A stretch of 64,000 nucleotides of DNA from Arenimonas sp. (GTDB taxonomy: Bacteria > Pseudomonadota > Gammaproteobacteria > Xanthomonadales > Xanthomonadaceae). Under the pieces are notes generated by a model. It was not told the DNA's origin. It saw nothing but the letters and a program-made list of their open reading frames with translations, and ran no database searches. Positions 11,738 through 21,340 of this stretch are shown here, one piece after another. The stretch lies in contig JANPOU010000069.1 in the NCBI GenBank assembly GCA_031428155.1, positions 25,419-89,418 on the forward strand. Reading direction: 5' to 3'. The stretch's first letter is position 1, and each line of letters begins with the position of its first letter. The position numbers and the translations under genes were made by a program.

Positions 11738-13087
11738 TCAGTACTTTAATCCGCTTACTTGAAAAGGAATGTTGGCATGGCCTGCGTGGCCCTTGCCGTC
11801 ATAAACATAGACGAACAGACGAAAATTCCCCACTATTGTGGGCGCTTTGAATTGAATGTGGCCATTACCTAAGTCGGTTATCTCGGAAGTAATGATAGCG
11901 GGGGCGTCTTCATAATCACCGCCAACACTTTTCGCGCTACTTTCTTGCATTACAAGCCAACGAAAAGTGAGCGAGTCTTGGTCAGCATCAAGTGCGTGGA
12001 TGCGCGCATTATAGATTTTCCCTGCATCTAACTTAACGTTACTATTCGCTTGGCGCGAGTCAATCTGCAATTCAGAAATGGCGGGGCTTTGATTTGCAGG
12101 CCTAGTTCCAGTCCAAAGTTGATGCATGGTATCAACAGATGCGGTGGACTCACCCGATTCTAGAAATAAACTATACCAAGTAGGCGTACGTTCTTGTTTT
12201 TGACCCCAAAGAAAAACATACGAACCTAGGCATTGTCTTTGATCATTCAGAATATAGTTCCTATAGCGTTCACCAAGCAGATAGGCTTTTTGTGAGCTGT
12301 TATCCTCGATTGGCGCGCCCCAGTCGGTGACGGCAATTTCCCAATGTCCGGTCGGGCCCCATTCGGTCACCAGGTATGGCCCGGTCCAGTTGCTCTGGCG
12401 CAGGATTTCCGGAAGCCTGGCTATGTCGCCATACAGCTGGATGCCGATCAGATCGAGAGAGCCGGCACGGGATTTTAGTTGCGCGGCCAGTTCTGGATTA
12501 AAGCCGGCCAAGTTCGTCATGGTCGGATGGTTCGGATCAAGCTGATGAATCATTTCTGAAATCTGATTGACCGCGTCCCAGACTTTGGGATTGTCGGCGC
12601 CCAGATTGAGTTCATTGCCTATCGCCCACATCAGCAGAGCAGGGTGATCCTTGTAAAGCAGGATCTCGGTTTTGATACGTTCAAGCTGGAGTGCAACCTG
12701 CAGGGGATCGTCATAATCGAATCCGCCGCGCTCGCCTGCAACATGCAAGCCCATGGTGACATACAGGCCATTGGCCTGCGCACGGTCCAACACAGCTTGG
12801 CCGGTTTCCAGGCCGTTATCGGTGCGCCAAGTGCGGAATGAATTACCACCCTGTCGAGCAAGAGCTTCTTGGTTACCGAATTCAAGGCCGGCACCTTTGA
12901 CGTAAAACGGCTTGCCATCAACAAGCAATTGATAGCTGTTGCCGGCTTTAAGTACGCGTACATTGCTTGGACCTGGCTGCGCGCCAAGTAATCTGTCTTG
13001 CTCGGCGTGCACATGCCCTGCGGTCAGGTAAACGAGTAGAGTGGCTAAGATAAATCCCTGCACTCGTCTGTCCTGTCTAAATGTCAA
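11738..13087 (-). CDS. Secreted clan GH-A glycoside hydrolase, probably GH158-like endo-beta-1,3-glucanase
   Basis: Signal peptide; WAIGNE (E159, acid/base) and VTEWG (E242, nucleophile); beta-rich C-terminal Ig-like domain; context with GH3, GluP and TBDR. Confidence 0.7.
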   Translation of the reverse strand: MTFRQDRRVQGFILATLLVYLTAGHVHAEQDRLLGAQPGPSNVRVLKAGNSYQLLVDGKPFYVKGAGLEFGNQEALARQGGNSFRTWRTDNGLETGQAVLDRAQANGLYVTMGLHVAGERGGFDYDDPLQVALQLERIKTEILLYKDHPALLMWAIGNELNLGADNPKVWDAVNQISEMIHQLDPNHPTMTNLAGFNPELAAQLKSRAGSLDLIGIQLYGDIARLPEILRQSNWTGPYLVTEWGPTGHWEIAVTDWGAPIEDNSSQKAYLLGERYRNYILNDQRQCLGSYVFLWGQKQERTPTWYSLFLESGESTASVDTMHQLWTGTRPANQSPAISELQIDSRQANSNVKLDAGKIYNARIHALDADQDSLTFRWLVMQESSAKSVGGDYEDAPAIITSEITDLGNGHIQFKAPTIVGNFRLFVYVYDGKGHAGHANIPFQVSGLKY

Positions 13088-13096
13088 AGCTTAGGT

Positions 13097-14425
13097 TCAA
13101 TGTGAACCTCGAGCGAGCCCCTCGGTATCCGTGGCTTGGTAAAGACCAGCATATTTCAAGCCGTAAAACAGAATAAAAATATAGCAGACCATCGGCACGA
13201 AAAACGACAGGTGTAGGCCAATGCGGTCAGCCAGGAAGCCCTGCATAAATGGCACTAGCGCACCACCAACAATTGCCATGCACAGGATGCCGGAACCTTG
13301 GCCAGTGAATTTACCTAACTGATGCAGCGCCATGCTGAAGATGGTAGGGAACATGATGGAGTTGAAAAGACCAACACCAAGAATGGCCCACATCGCAATG
13401 TATCCTTGGCCGAAGATAGCAGTCAGGATGAGGGCGATGGAACAGATGGCGTTGAACGCTAAAGTTTTGCCTGGGCTAACGTAGCGCATCACTGCGAAGC
13501 CGATGAAGCGGCCCAACATAGCAAATCCCCAGTAGTAGCTAACATATGGCGCGGCATCAGCGGGCGTCATGCCGGCGATGTTCTTTTCACCAAGAAAGTT
13601 AATCAGGAAGCTGCCGATGCTGACCTCTGCCCCAACATACAGAAAAATTCCGATAGCCCCGAGTGTTAGGTTGCGGTGCGCGAGGATAGTGCGAATGCCA
13701 CTTTTCGCGGAGGTTTCCGATGTGTCGTCAGCGTGGCTTATTTTCGGCAGGCGCGCGAATGCAAACAAGATGGCGAGCAGTAGCAGAGCTCCGGCCAGAA
13801 ACAGATAAGGCCCTTGCACAGTCGCCGCTTCCTTGGCACGATACAGCGCTTGTTCGGCTGCAGACATAGCGCTGATATCGGTAGCACTCAATAGCACAGT
13901 GCTCGACAGAATCAATGCGCCACCAAATAAAGGCCCAATGGTGGTGCCGAGTGAATTGAAGGCCTGGGTTAGCGTTAATCGGCTGGATGCCGTCTTTGGA
14001 TCACCTAATATGGTTACGAACGGATTGGCTGAGACCTGCAATATAGTGATGCCGGAGGCGAGCACGAAGAAGGCGAACAGAAAAAGCCCGTAACCACCTT
14101 GTGATGCCGGGTAGAACAAAGCGCAGCCGGCTGCAGCAATGACCAGGCCGGTGACGGCGCCGCTCTGATAGCCGATTCTGCGAATGAGCGCACCAGCCGG
14201 TAGTGAAACAATAAAGTACGCGCCGAAGAAGCAAAACTGCACCAGCATGGCCTGCACGTAGTTCAGCGTGTAAATCGACTTAAGATGGGGAATCAACACG
14301 TCATTAAGTGATGTCAGAAGCCCCCACATGAAAAACAGGCTAGTGATAATGATTAGCGCACCGTTATGACTGTTTGTGCGGTTTGGCGTTATCGATCCTG
14401 TTGCTGTCGTTGGAATGTGTTCCAT
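13097..14425 (-). CDS. gluP: Glucose/galactose MFS transporter (FucP/GluP family)
   Basis: [37 protein letters not shown]. Confidence 0.9.
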   Translation of the reverse strand: MEHIPTTATGSITPNRTNSHNGALIIITSLFFMWGLLTSLNDVLIPHLKSIYTLNYVQAMLVQFCFFGAYFIVSLPAGALIRRIGYQSGAVTGLVIAAAGCALFYPASQGGYGLFLFAFFVLASGITILQVSANPFVTILGDPKTASSRLTLTQAFNSLGTTIGPLFGGALILSSTVLLSATDISAMSAAEQALYRAKEAATVQGPYLFLAGALLLLAILFAFARLPKISHADDTSETSAKSGIRTILAHRNLTLGAIGIFLYVGAEVSIGSFLINFLGEKNIAGMTPADAAPYVSYYWGFAMLGRFIGFAVMRYVSPGKTLAFNAICSIALILTAIFGQGYIAMWAILGVGLFNSIMFPTIFSMALHQLGKFTGQGSGILCMAIVGGALVPFMQGFLADRIGLHLSFFVPMVCYIFILFYGLKYAGLYQATDTEGLARGSH

Positions 14426-14540
14426 GTGGATGGTTCCTTGAATTTGTGGGTCTGTCCGTTCCCAATATATTTCGGAAATGGAGTTTATAAACTATTGCAT
14501 ATGAAAAAGCTTAGGGCATTTGTCGATAATCTACAGTATA

Positions 14541-14554
14541 TGTTAGCGTTGTCA
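14541..14554. promoter_or_regulatory. Putative LacI-family operator (gluP side)
   Basis: TGTTAGCGTTGTCA (reverse complement TGACAACGCTAACA), similar to the site at 14718-14731; central CG typical of LacI operators. Confidence 0.65.
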
Positions 14555-14716
14555 TTATCAAACCGATTTAATTATAATTGTAACTAGAAAACATTAAATT
14601 ATATAACTACATAATAAATATAGATAAAATATTACAAAGCAGTGAAATTTTTTCGATGAAAGCCATGCCAAAGACGTATTCCCATTAGTAAATAATCTGT
14701 TATAGAGCAAATACTC

Positions 14717-14745
14717 TTGACAACGTTATCATAAGTCAGTAAATT
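14717..14745 (+). promoter_or_regulatory. Sigma70 promoter of the TBDR-GH3-lacI operon overlapped by LacI operator TGACAACGTTATCA (14718-14731)
   Basis: TTGACA (14717-22), 17 bp, TAAATT (14740-45); near-palindromic operator covers the -35. Confidence 0.75.
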
Positions 14746-14805
14746 TTCCTACAGCTGGCACTAAAATGATCAGACCAGCGCAAAATCTATCAAGAGGGTG
14801 AGTGT

Positions 14806-17553
14806 ATGAAAAAAAATTATAGAAACCAGTTAAGTGCTGCCATCGTGATGGCTATCAGCTTGGCATCCATACAGCAAGCGTCTGCGCAATCGCAAACTGC
14901 GCCTGCTGATGAAACTGCAAACAAAGTGGCACAAGCAAAGAAAGAAGCCGATGCCAAAGTGCTTGATACCGTAACGGTTACTGCCACTAAATTTGAAACC
15001 ACCCTAATGGAAACCCCGCTTGCGGTTTCAGCATTCACTCAGGACACATTAGATAAACAGGGCATACAAGATGTGCGCGATCTTGGCGCGTTGGTGCCGA
15101 ACATGCAAGTCGGTTTCTCACCATCGGATTCCGGTGTACAGGTCAGCATACGTGGTATTACGTCGAATAATTTCACCGAACTTGGCGACCCGACTGTGGG
15201 TATTCATATTGACGGTAGCTATACTCCGCGCCCGCAAACTGGTCTATCGTTGATGCATGACGTGGAAAGGGTTGAAGTGTTGCGCGGCCCGCAAGGCACC
15301 TTGTTTGGTCGTAACTCAACAGCCGGTGCTATCAATATTATTTCTGCGCGGCCGGATTTCAGCGGTGCGTATGGCAATGCCGAAATTGAATACGGTAATT
15401 ACAATCACAAACTTTTACGTGGCGTATTCAATGTGCCTGTGAATGATTGGATTGCATTTCGCGGCTCAGTTATGATCGACAAAACCGATAGCTATATTGA
15501 CCAAACCATGGACACCTTCGACCTGAATTGGGATACCAATGGCGATGGCATTTTCAATGGCCCGAATGATGTGCCGGCCGATGGTATTGTGAATACTGAT
15601 CAGCGTCGTAATCACCCGGTTGAAGATTCTGATGCCTATGGAAACTCTAATCGTTGGGCCGCACGACTGAGTTTGCTGTTGAAGCCCAGTGAAAATACCG
15701 ATTGGTTGCTAAGCTTTGATCGGTATCGTGATCAGGGTGCAGGCACAATCAATTTAAAAGATTGTGAGAAAGCCAAGGGCACATTCTTTGAGTGCGACCA
15801 ACCGCAATTTTCAGCCAGCATTAACGTGCCGGGTGTATTAAATATGACGGTTGACACCTGGCGCTCACAGTTTAAATGGGATGTGTCGGACAAAATAACT
15901 GTTGAGCATCGCATTGCTTATGCCTCTGAAACACGACACCAAGAATACGACGGTGACGGCGGCTCCTTCACCGATCCGGATCATCCGGCCTACGGCATCA
16001 ACCGCATCTGCTGCGGCACCAATTTCGGTTTTCTGATCAGGGATTCGCAGGCCATCATCGACGCCGGCTTCGCGCCATATGCGTTGATGCCTTTCGAGGA
16101 CCTACAGCTAACCACACGTTATTCGAACTACGATTCACTAACCAGCGAACTACAAGTTAAATCTAAAGGCGACGGTCCGCTGCGCTGGGTAGTCGGTGCA
16201 TTCTACCTCAAAGAAGAGAATGACATCCGTTTCGACGTTGAAATTCCGTTCTGCTGCTCGGCCGGCATTCCGTTGGCGCAATCCTTTGTACAGCCCGATC
16301 GTCAGGTTGAGTCGAAAGCCTTATTCGGGCAGCTCGATTATCAGGCGACTGATAAGCTGAACTTAACCGCCGGCTACCGCTACAGTTGGGATAAAAAAAG
16401 CGACAACGGCGGCTCTAACCATGAAACCATCGGGTATTGGGTCAATCCGGGCCAGTTCGATCCGACCAACTCGTTCTGGATGGAAAGCTGGGGTCTGATC
16501 GGCATTGCCCCGTATTGGTCGACTTCGGGTGTGCTTTACCAAGCCGGCAACCTGACCGACGCCATGGGCTCATTGGCCGAAGATTTCGTTGACCGGGTGC
16601 CGGGCACCGACAACACCTTCGCGGCCGAATGGAGCAAGGGCACATGGCGCCTCGGCGCTGATTATCAATTGAACGATAGTGTGTTCTTGTACGCTTACGC
16701 GGCTACCGGCTACAAAGCTGGCGGTTTTGGCGACAAAGTCAATGTGTGTGATTGCGCAGGTGGATTGACCGCATTCGCTTATGAGCCTGAAGAAAATACT
16801 ACTTTGGAGGCCGGTTTCAAGGCGCGTCTGGCGGATGGTAAGCTGAACCTGCTCGGCAATGTGTTCTTCACCAAGTATGACAATATGCAACGTACCACCT
16901 GGGCTGTTGTCGGTAAATCGCAGAGTAGCAACCGTGATATTGGCACCTTGTTGACCACCAACATTGCCGAGGCTGAAGTGAAGGGTGTAGAAATTGAATT
17001 TGATTGGCTACCATGGCAGGGCGGCCGCATTTTCGGTTGGTTCTCTTACCTTGATGCCACCATCACCAAGTTTCCCGGTGCTGAAGATGGCTGGTTCTGC
17101 TTCGAGCGCGCCTATCTCGGTTTAAGCGAGTGTGCGCCTGAAGATCCAAGTCAGGTTCGTCCGGATAACACGCTACGCCGTCCAACCGACTTCACCGGCA
17201 ATAAGTTGCCATGGTCGCCGGAATTCTCAACTACCCTGACCATGGAGCATACATTTAAGTTTGGTAACGACTTCCTACTGGTGCCTAATGTGTCGATGCA
17301 CTGGCAGAGCGAAATGTTCTTTGCCGACAACAATTTCGACGAAGGTCCGTTCCATAGTGGTCAGGAGGCTTTTACAACTTTCAATGCATCGATACGTCTG
17401 ACCAATACCATGCAGGCTTGGAGTACCGAATTGTATGTGTATAATTTGACTGATGAGTTAGTGCGTAGCTGGTCTGATCCAGGTCCGGGCTACATGAAAG
17501 CGAGCTTCTTCGCACCAAGAACCTACGGAGTCAAATTCCGCAAGGATTTCTGA
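14806..17553 (+). CDS. TonB-dependent receptor (oligosaccharide uptake), cysteine-rich
   Basis: Signal peptide, TonB box DTVTVTA, plug ERVEVLRGPQGTLFGRN, C-terminal PRTYGVKFRKDF. Confidence 0.95.
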   Translation: MKKNYRNQLSAAIVMAISLASIQQASAQSQTAPADETANKVAQAKKEADAKVLDTVTVTATKFETTLMETPLAVSAFTQDTLDKQGIQDVRDLGALVPNMQVGFSPSDSGVQVSIRGITSNNFTELGDPTVGIHIDGSYTPRPQTGLSLMHDVERVEVLRGPQGTLFGRNSTAGAINIISARPDFSGAYGNAEIEYGNYNHKLLRGVFNVPVNDWIAFRGSVMIDKTDSYIDQTMDTFDLNWDTNGDGIFNGPNDVPADGIVNTDQRRNHPVEDSDAYGNSNRWAARLSLLLKPSENTDWLLSFDRYRDQGAGTINLKDCEKAKGTFFECDQPQFSASINVPGVLNMTVDTWRSQFKWDVSDKITVEHRIAYASETRHQEYDGDGGSFTDPDHPAYGINRICCGTNFGFLIRDSQAIIDAGFAPYALMPFEDLQLTTRYSNYDSLTSELQVKSKGDGPLRWVVGAFYLKEENDIRFDVEIPFCCSAGIPLAQSFVQPDRQVESKALFGQLDYQATDKLNLTAGYRYSWDKKSDNGGSNHETIGYWVNPGQFDPTNSFWMESWGLIGIAPYWSTSGVLYQAGNLTDAMGSLAEDFVDRVPGTDNTFAAEWSKGTWRLGADYQLNDSVFLYAYAATGYKAGGFGDKVNVCDCAGGLTAFAYEPEENTTLEAGFKARLADGKLNLLGNVFFTKYDNMQRTTWAVVGKSQSSNRDIGTLLTTNIAEAEVKGVEIEFDWLPWQGGRIFGWFSYLDATITKFPGAEDGWFCFERAYLGLSECAPEDPSQVRPDNTLRRPTDFTGNKLPWSPEFSTTLTMEHTFKFGNDFLLVPNVSMHWQSEMFFADNNFDEGPFHSGQEAFTTFNASIRLTNTMQAWSTELYVYNLTDELVRSWSDPGPGYMKASFFAPRTYGVKFRKDF

Positions 17554-17570
17554 TAACGCCATAGTAAAAT

Positions 17571-17595
17571 AATCGGCCACGTCATGTGGCCGATT
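17571..17595 (+). terminator. Intergenic stem-loop between TBDR and GH3
   Basis: AATCGGCCAC-GTCAT-GTGGCCGATT, 10-bp stem. Confidence 0.55.
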
Positions 17596-17616
17596 TCAAC
17601 TGGACAGGATTTTTTT

Positions 17617-20127
17617 ATGCGATTTCATCGATATATCCCTGTGCTTGCTCTCACGGCAGCATTTACGGTTTCCGGCGCCGAACCGGCCGCTGTCTATTGG
17701 CAGCCGATAGCCAACCCTGTTCCCGAGGATGCAGCGCTGAATGCGCGCGTAGAGAGCTTGCTCTCGCAAATGAACTTGGAGCAGAAAGTCGGTCAGATGA
17801 TACAGGCTGAGATTCGCTCGGTCACACCGGCAGATGTCCGTAAATACGGACTCGGTTCAATATTGAACGGTGGTGGCTCGTTCCCGAAAGGCAATAAGCA
17901 GGCAGCAGTAAAAGATTGGCTTTCGTTAGCCGATGCGTATTTTGATGCATCAAAAAATACAGCCACCGTCGGCCCAGCATCTGTCCCGGTTCTATGGGGA
18001 ACCGATGCCGTGCATGGTCACAGCAATGTATATGGCGCCACCTTATTTCCGCACAACATCGCACTCGGCGCTACGCGCAATAAGTCTTTGGTGGAAGCTA
18101 TCGGTGTGGCGACTGCCAAAGAGGTTGCCGCCACCGGAATCGACTGGGCATTTGCGCCCACGATAGCAGTTGCCAGCGATTTCCGATGGGGCCGAACTTA
18201 CGAAAGCTTTTCTGAAGATCCGGCCGTGGTTCAGGAACTCGGCGCCAGTCTGGTGCGTGGTCTGCAAGGTCCAGCTGGGCAGCAGGGATTTCTGGCGTCG
18301 GGACGTGTGCTCGCCACCGCCAAACACTTCATCGGTGATGGCGCTACAGTTGGTGGTGTTGACCAAGGCGACGTGCGTGTTTCTGAGCAGGAGCTTGCCG
18401 CTGTGCATGGTGCAGGCTACCGAGGCGCGTTGGGCGCTGGCGCGCAGACCGTGATGGTTTCGTTCAACAGCTGGCAGGGTCTCAAACTGCACGGGCATCG
18501 CTACCTGTTGACTGATGTGCTTAAAGGCAAGCTCGGTTTTGACGGCCTCGTGGTCAGCGACTGGAACGGCATCGGTCAGGTGTCTGGATGCTCAAACGCG
18601 GCCTGCGTGCCTGCGGTGTTGGCTGGCATCGATATGTTCATGGTGCCAGAAGACTGGAAGGCATTTCATGCCAACCTCATTGCCGCTGTTGGCCGTGGTG
18701 AGGTGCCGATGACGCGCATTGATGATGCGGTTAGAAGAATCCTAAGGGTAAAAGCGCGTTCTGGCTTGCTGGATGCCCCGCGCCCATCGCAACGCAAATC
18801 GGCAGCTGAAGCCACCATCGGATCTGCCGCGCATAGGGCTTTAGCTCGGCAAGCGGTACGTGAATCCTTGGTTTTATTGAAAAATAAGGCCGGCATTTTG
18901 CCATTGAAACCAGGCATGAACGTCTTGGTCGCCGGTACTGGCGCCGATGATATTGGTCGCCAATCCGGCGGCTGGACCCTAACCTGGCAGGGTACCGGCA
19001 ACAACAACGCCGATTTCCCGGGCGCAACCTCCATTTACAAAGGCATTGCCGAAAGCCTGAAAGGCAACGGTGCGGTGGAATACAGTGCAAGCGGCGAATT
19101 CAAGAAGCGGCCGGATGTGGCCATCGTGGTGATCGGCGAGGAACCGTATGCTGAAGGCCAAGGTGATCGCAGCGATCTCAACTTGTCCAAGGCGCGCCCT
19201 GCTGAACTGGCCCTGCTCAAGCGCCTCAAAGCCGAGGGCATTCCTGTCGTCACACTACTGTTGACTGGCCGTCCACTGTGGACTAATCCTGAGCTGAATA
19301 GCTCAGACGCGTTTGTGGTCGCGTGGTTGCCCGGTTCCGAAGGAGCTGGCATAGCCGATGTGCTGTTTCGTGCGGCAGATGGCTCGGTTGCACACAAGAT
19401 GACCGGTCGTTTGCCATTTCGTTGGCCTGCGGACCCCAGCCAAGCCCAGGCTGACCGCACGGCAAATGCGCCCAGCCCGCTGTTTCCGCTCGGCTATGGC
19501 CTCAACTATAGCGATGCAGATACGCTCAGCGACAATCTGCCGGTGCCCTTGGCGAGGCCAGAAGACGCCAAGATTAGCGATATGAAAATGTTTGAACGCG
19601 GCCCTGTCGCACCTTGGCGTCTGTCTATCGGCGATAAAGCAGGCTGGGTTCTGCCGGTTACTGGCAGTAGCACACGTTCCGCCGGAGGAGCTATTTTGCT
19701 GAGTTCTTTCGATCGCATCGTCCAGGAAGATTCCCGCCGTGCGGAATGGAGCGGTTCTGGTATTGGTCAGGTATTCCTGCACACTTCACCTGCACAAGAT
19801 CTTACTGCTCTGCAGGCGGCCGGTGGCGCCTTGGTGCTTGATATGTTGCTTTCATCTCGTCCAACACAGCCGGTTGAACTGCGCATGGACTGTGGGTATC
19901 CATGCGGAGCCAAAGGCGACATCACCGAAATCCTGAAACGTGCACCGCTTGACACCTGGTTTTCGCTGAGCATGGATCTAAATTGCTTCGCAAATGCCGG
20001 TGCCGATCTGAAACGCATAGACACCGGCATGTTGATCGCTACTGGCGGCAAACTGTCACTCAGCTTTACCGGTGTACGGATTGTTCCTGGCGCGGCGGAA
20101 AAATCAGTCATCAAGTGTGGTAAATAG
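17617..20127 (+). CDS. GH3 exo-1,3/1,4-beta-glucanase / beta-glucosidase (ExoP-like, extra C-terminal domain)
   Basis: DAVHG, FPHNIALGA, WGRTYES, TAKHFIGDG, VSDWNG nucleophile, GEEPYAEG; C-terminal MDCGYPC domain; ATG 17617 has an RBS. Confidence 0.9.
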   Translation: MRFHRYIPVLALTAAFTVSGAEPAAVYWQPIANPVPEDAALNARVESLLSQMNLEQKVGQMIQAEIRSVTPADVRKYGLGSILNGGGSFPKGNKQAAVKDWLSLADAYFDASKNTATVGPASVPVLWGTDAVHGHSNVYGATLFPHNIALGATRNKSLVEAIGVATAKEVAATGIDWAFAPTIAVASDFRWGRTYESFSEDPAVVQELGASLVRGLQGPAGQQGFLASGRVLATAKHFIGDGATVGGVDQGDVRVSEQELAAVHGAGYRGALGAGAQTVMVSFNSWQGLKLHGHRYLLTDVLKGKLGFDGLVVSDWNGIGQVSGCSNAACVPAVLAGIDMFMVPEDWKAFHANLIAAVGRGEVPMTRIDDAVRRILRVKARSGLLDAPRPSQRKSAAEATIGSAAHRALARQAVRESLVLLKNKAGILPLKPGMNVLVAGTGADDIGRQSGGWTLTWQGTGNNNADFPGATSIYKGIAESLKGNGAVEYSASGEFKKRPDVAIVVIGEEPYAEGQGDRSDLNLSKARPAELALLKRLKAEGIPVVTLLLTGRPLWTNPELNSSDAFVVAWLPGSEGAGIADVLFRAADGSVAHKMTGRLPFRWPADPSQAQADRTANAPSPLFPLGYGLNYSDADTLSDNLPVPLARPEDAKISDMKMFERGPVAPWRLSIGDKAGWVLPVTGSSTRSAGGAILLSSFDRIVQEDSRRAEWSGSGIGQVFLHTSPAQDLTALQAAGGALVLDMLLSSRPTQPVELRMDCGYPCGAKGDITEILKRAPLDTWFSLSMDLNCFANAGADLKRIDTGMLIATGGKLSLSFTGVRIVPGAAEKSVIKCGK

Positions 20128-20167
20128 ATTGAAAACAAGAAAGAGCCCCAATAAGAGTCGGCCCGCA

Positions 20168-21229
20168 ATGGTCGACAAAGAATCTGAAACGGCAACTATG
20201 CCGGTTGGCGGGATGCTGCTTCCGAAACAGGCTCGCGCGAATATCGAGCATGTGGCTGCATTGGCAGACGTATCGATCAAAACCGTGTCACGGGTTTTTA
20301 ACAATGAGCCCAATGTGGCACCAGCAACTCGTGTGCGTGTGCAAGCGGCCATCGCTACACTTGGCTACATTCCGAATCATTCGGCGCGTAGTTTAGCGGC
20401 ACGTAACTCCCAAACATTAGGGCTAATGTACGACAATCCGAGTCCAAACTATATTCAACAAGTTCAGCGCGGCGCCTTGCAGTCCTGCCAAGAAGCGGGT
20501 TACGACTTGCTGTTGCACCCTAGTCCATATGGCAACAAGGCGATTGGTGATGAAATCATCAGCCTACATCGGCGAGGTCGTATTGATGGGGTAATTCTTA
20601 CCCCACCGTTGTCTGATATGCTTGAATTGACAGATGCCTTAGCTGCTGCTGCGGTGCCGACTGCACTTGTCTCTCCCGCCAATCTACGTGTTGATATGTT
20701 GCAGGTAGTTACCGATGACCGAGCCATAAGCATCGCGATGACGCGCACATTATTTGCGTTGGGACATCGACGCATTGCATTCATCGCGGGCCATCCGGAT
20801 CATCGTGCCGTAGGTCTGCGACTTGAGGGTTACAAATCGGCCTTGCTCGATTTGGGTCTGCCATTGCGGGATGAATACATCGCGCAAGGTTACAACACGT
20901 TTGAATCCGGCGAAGCCGCTTGTGCGGCTCTACTAACACTTCCAGAGCCGCCAACAGCGATTTTTGCAGCGAATGATGACATGGCGGCTGGCGTGATGCG
21001 CACGGCCTTGAAATTCGGCGTGTCGATTCCAAGTGATCTGTCTGTGGTCGGTTTCGATGATATACCTCTGGCAAACCAAGTGTGGCCTGCATTAAGCACT
21101 GTACGCCAGCCGATTGAAGCGATGTCGGCGAAAGCGGTGCAACTACTCATCGCACATTTACGGGGTGAGCCAAATATTCCTGTGAATGTCATGATTAAAT
21201 CCGAACTAGTACTGCGCGGAACAACCTAA
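20168..21229 (+). CDS. LacI-family transcriptional regulator
   Basis: IEHVAALADVSIKTVSRVFN HTH, YIPNHSARSL hinge, PTAIFAANDDMA, DLSVVGFDD; start uncertain (20168 or 20198). Confidence 0.93.
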   Translation: MVDKESETATMPVGGMLLPKQARANIEHVAALADVSIKTVSRVFNNEPNVAPATRVRVQAAIATLGYIPNHSARSLAARNSQTLGLMYDNPSPNYIQQVQRGALQSCQEAGYDLLLHPSPYGNKAIGDEIISLHRRGRIDGVILTPPLSDMLELTDALAAAAVPTALVSPANLRVDMLQVVTDDRAISIAMTRTLFALGHRRIAFIAGHPDHRAVGLRLEGYKSALLDLGLPLRDEYIAQGYNTFESGEAACAALLTLPEPPTAIFAANDDMAAGVMRTALKFGVSIPSDLSVVGFDDIPLANQVWPALSTVRQPIEAMSAKAVQLLIAHLRGEPNIPVNVMIKSELVLRGTT

Positions 21230-21340
21230 TCGCATTTTACGTTGACTTGGCGGGCTATTCCTTTGCAAATCTTTGCTCTGCTCCTTGCCGATTTGGTAAA
21301 GTAAGAAGGTATTATAGACGACGCTTTTCTGGCAATCACC

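Noticed and set aside
14366-14587. 73-aa ORF in the gluP/TBDR intergenic region
   Set aside because: Overlaps the gluP start and the operator; AT-rich regulatory DNA with no coding features.
17551-17564. TGATAACGCCATAG as a third LacI operator
   Set aside because: Only the left half matches and it overlaps the TBDR stop codon; likely chance.
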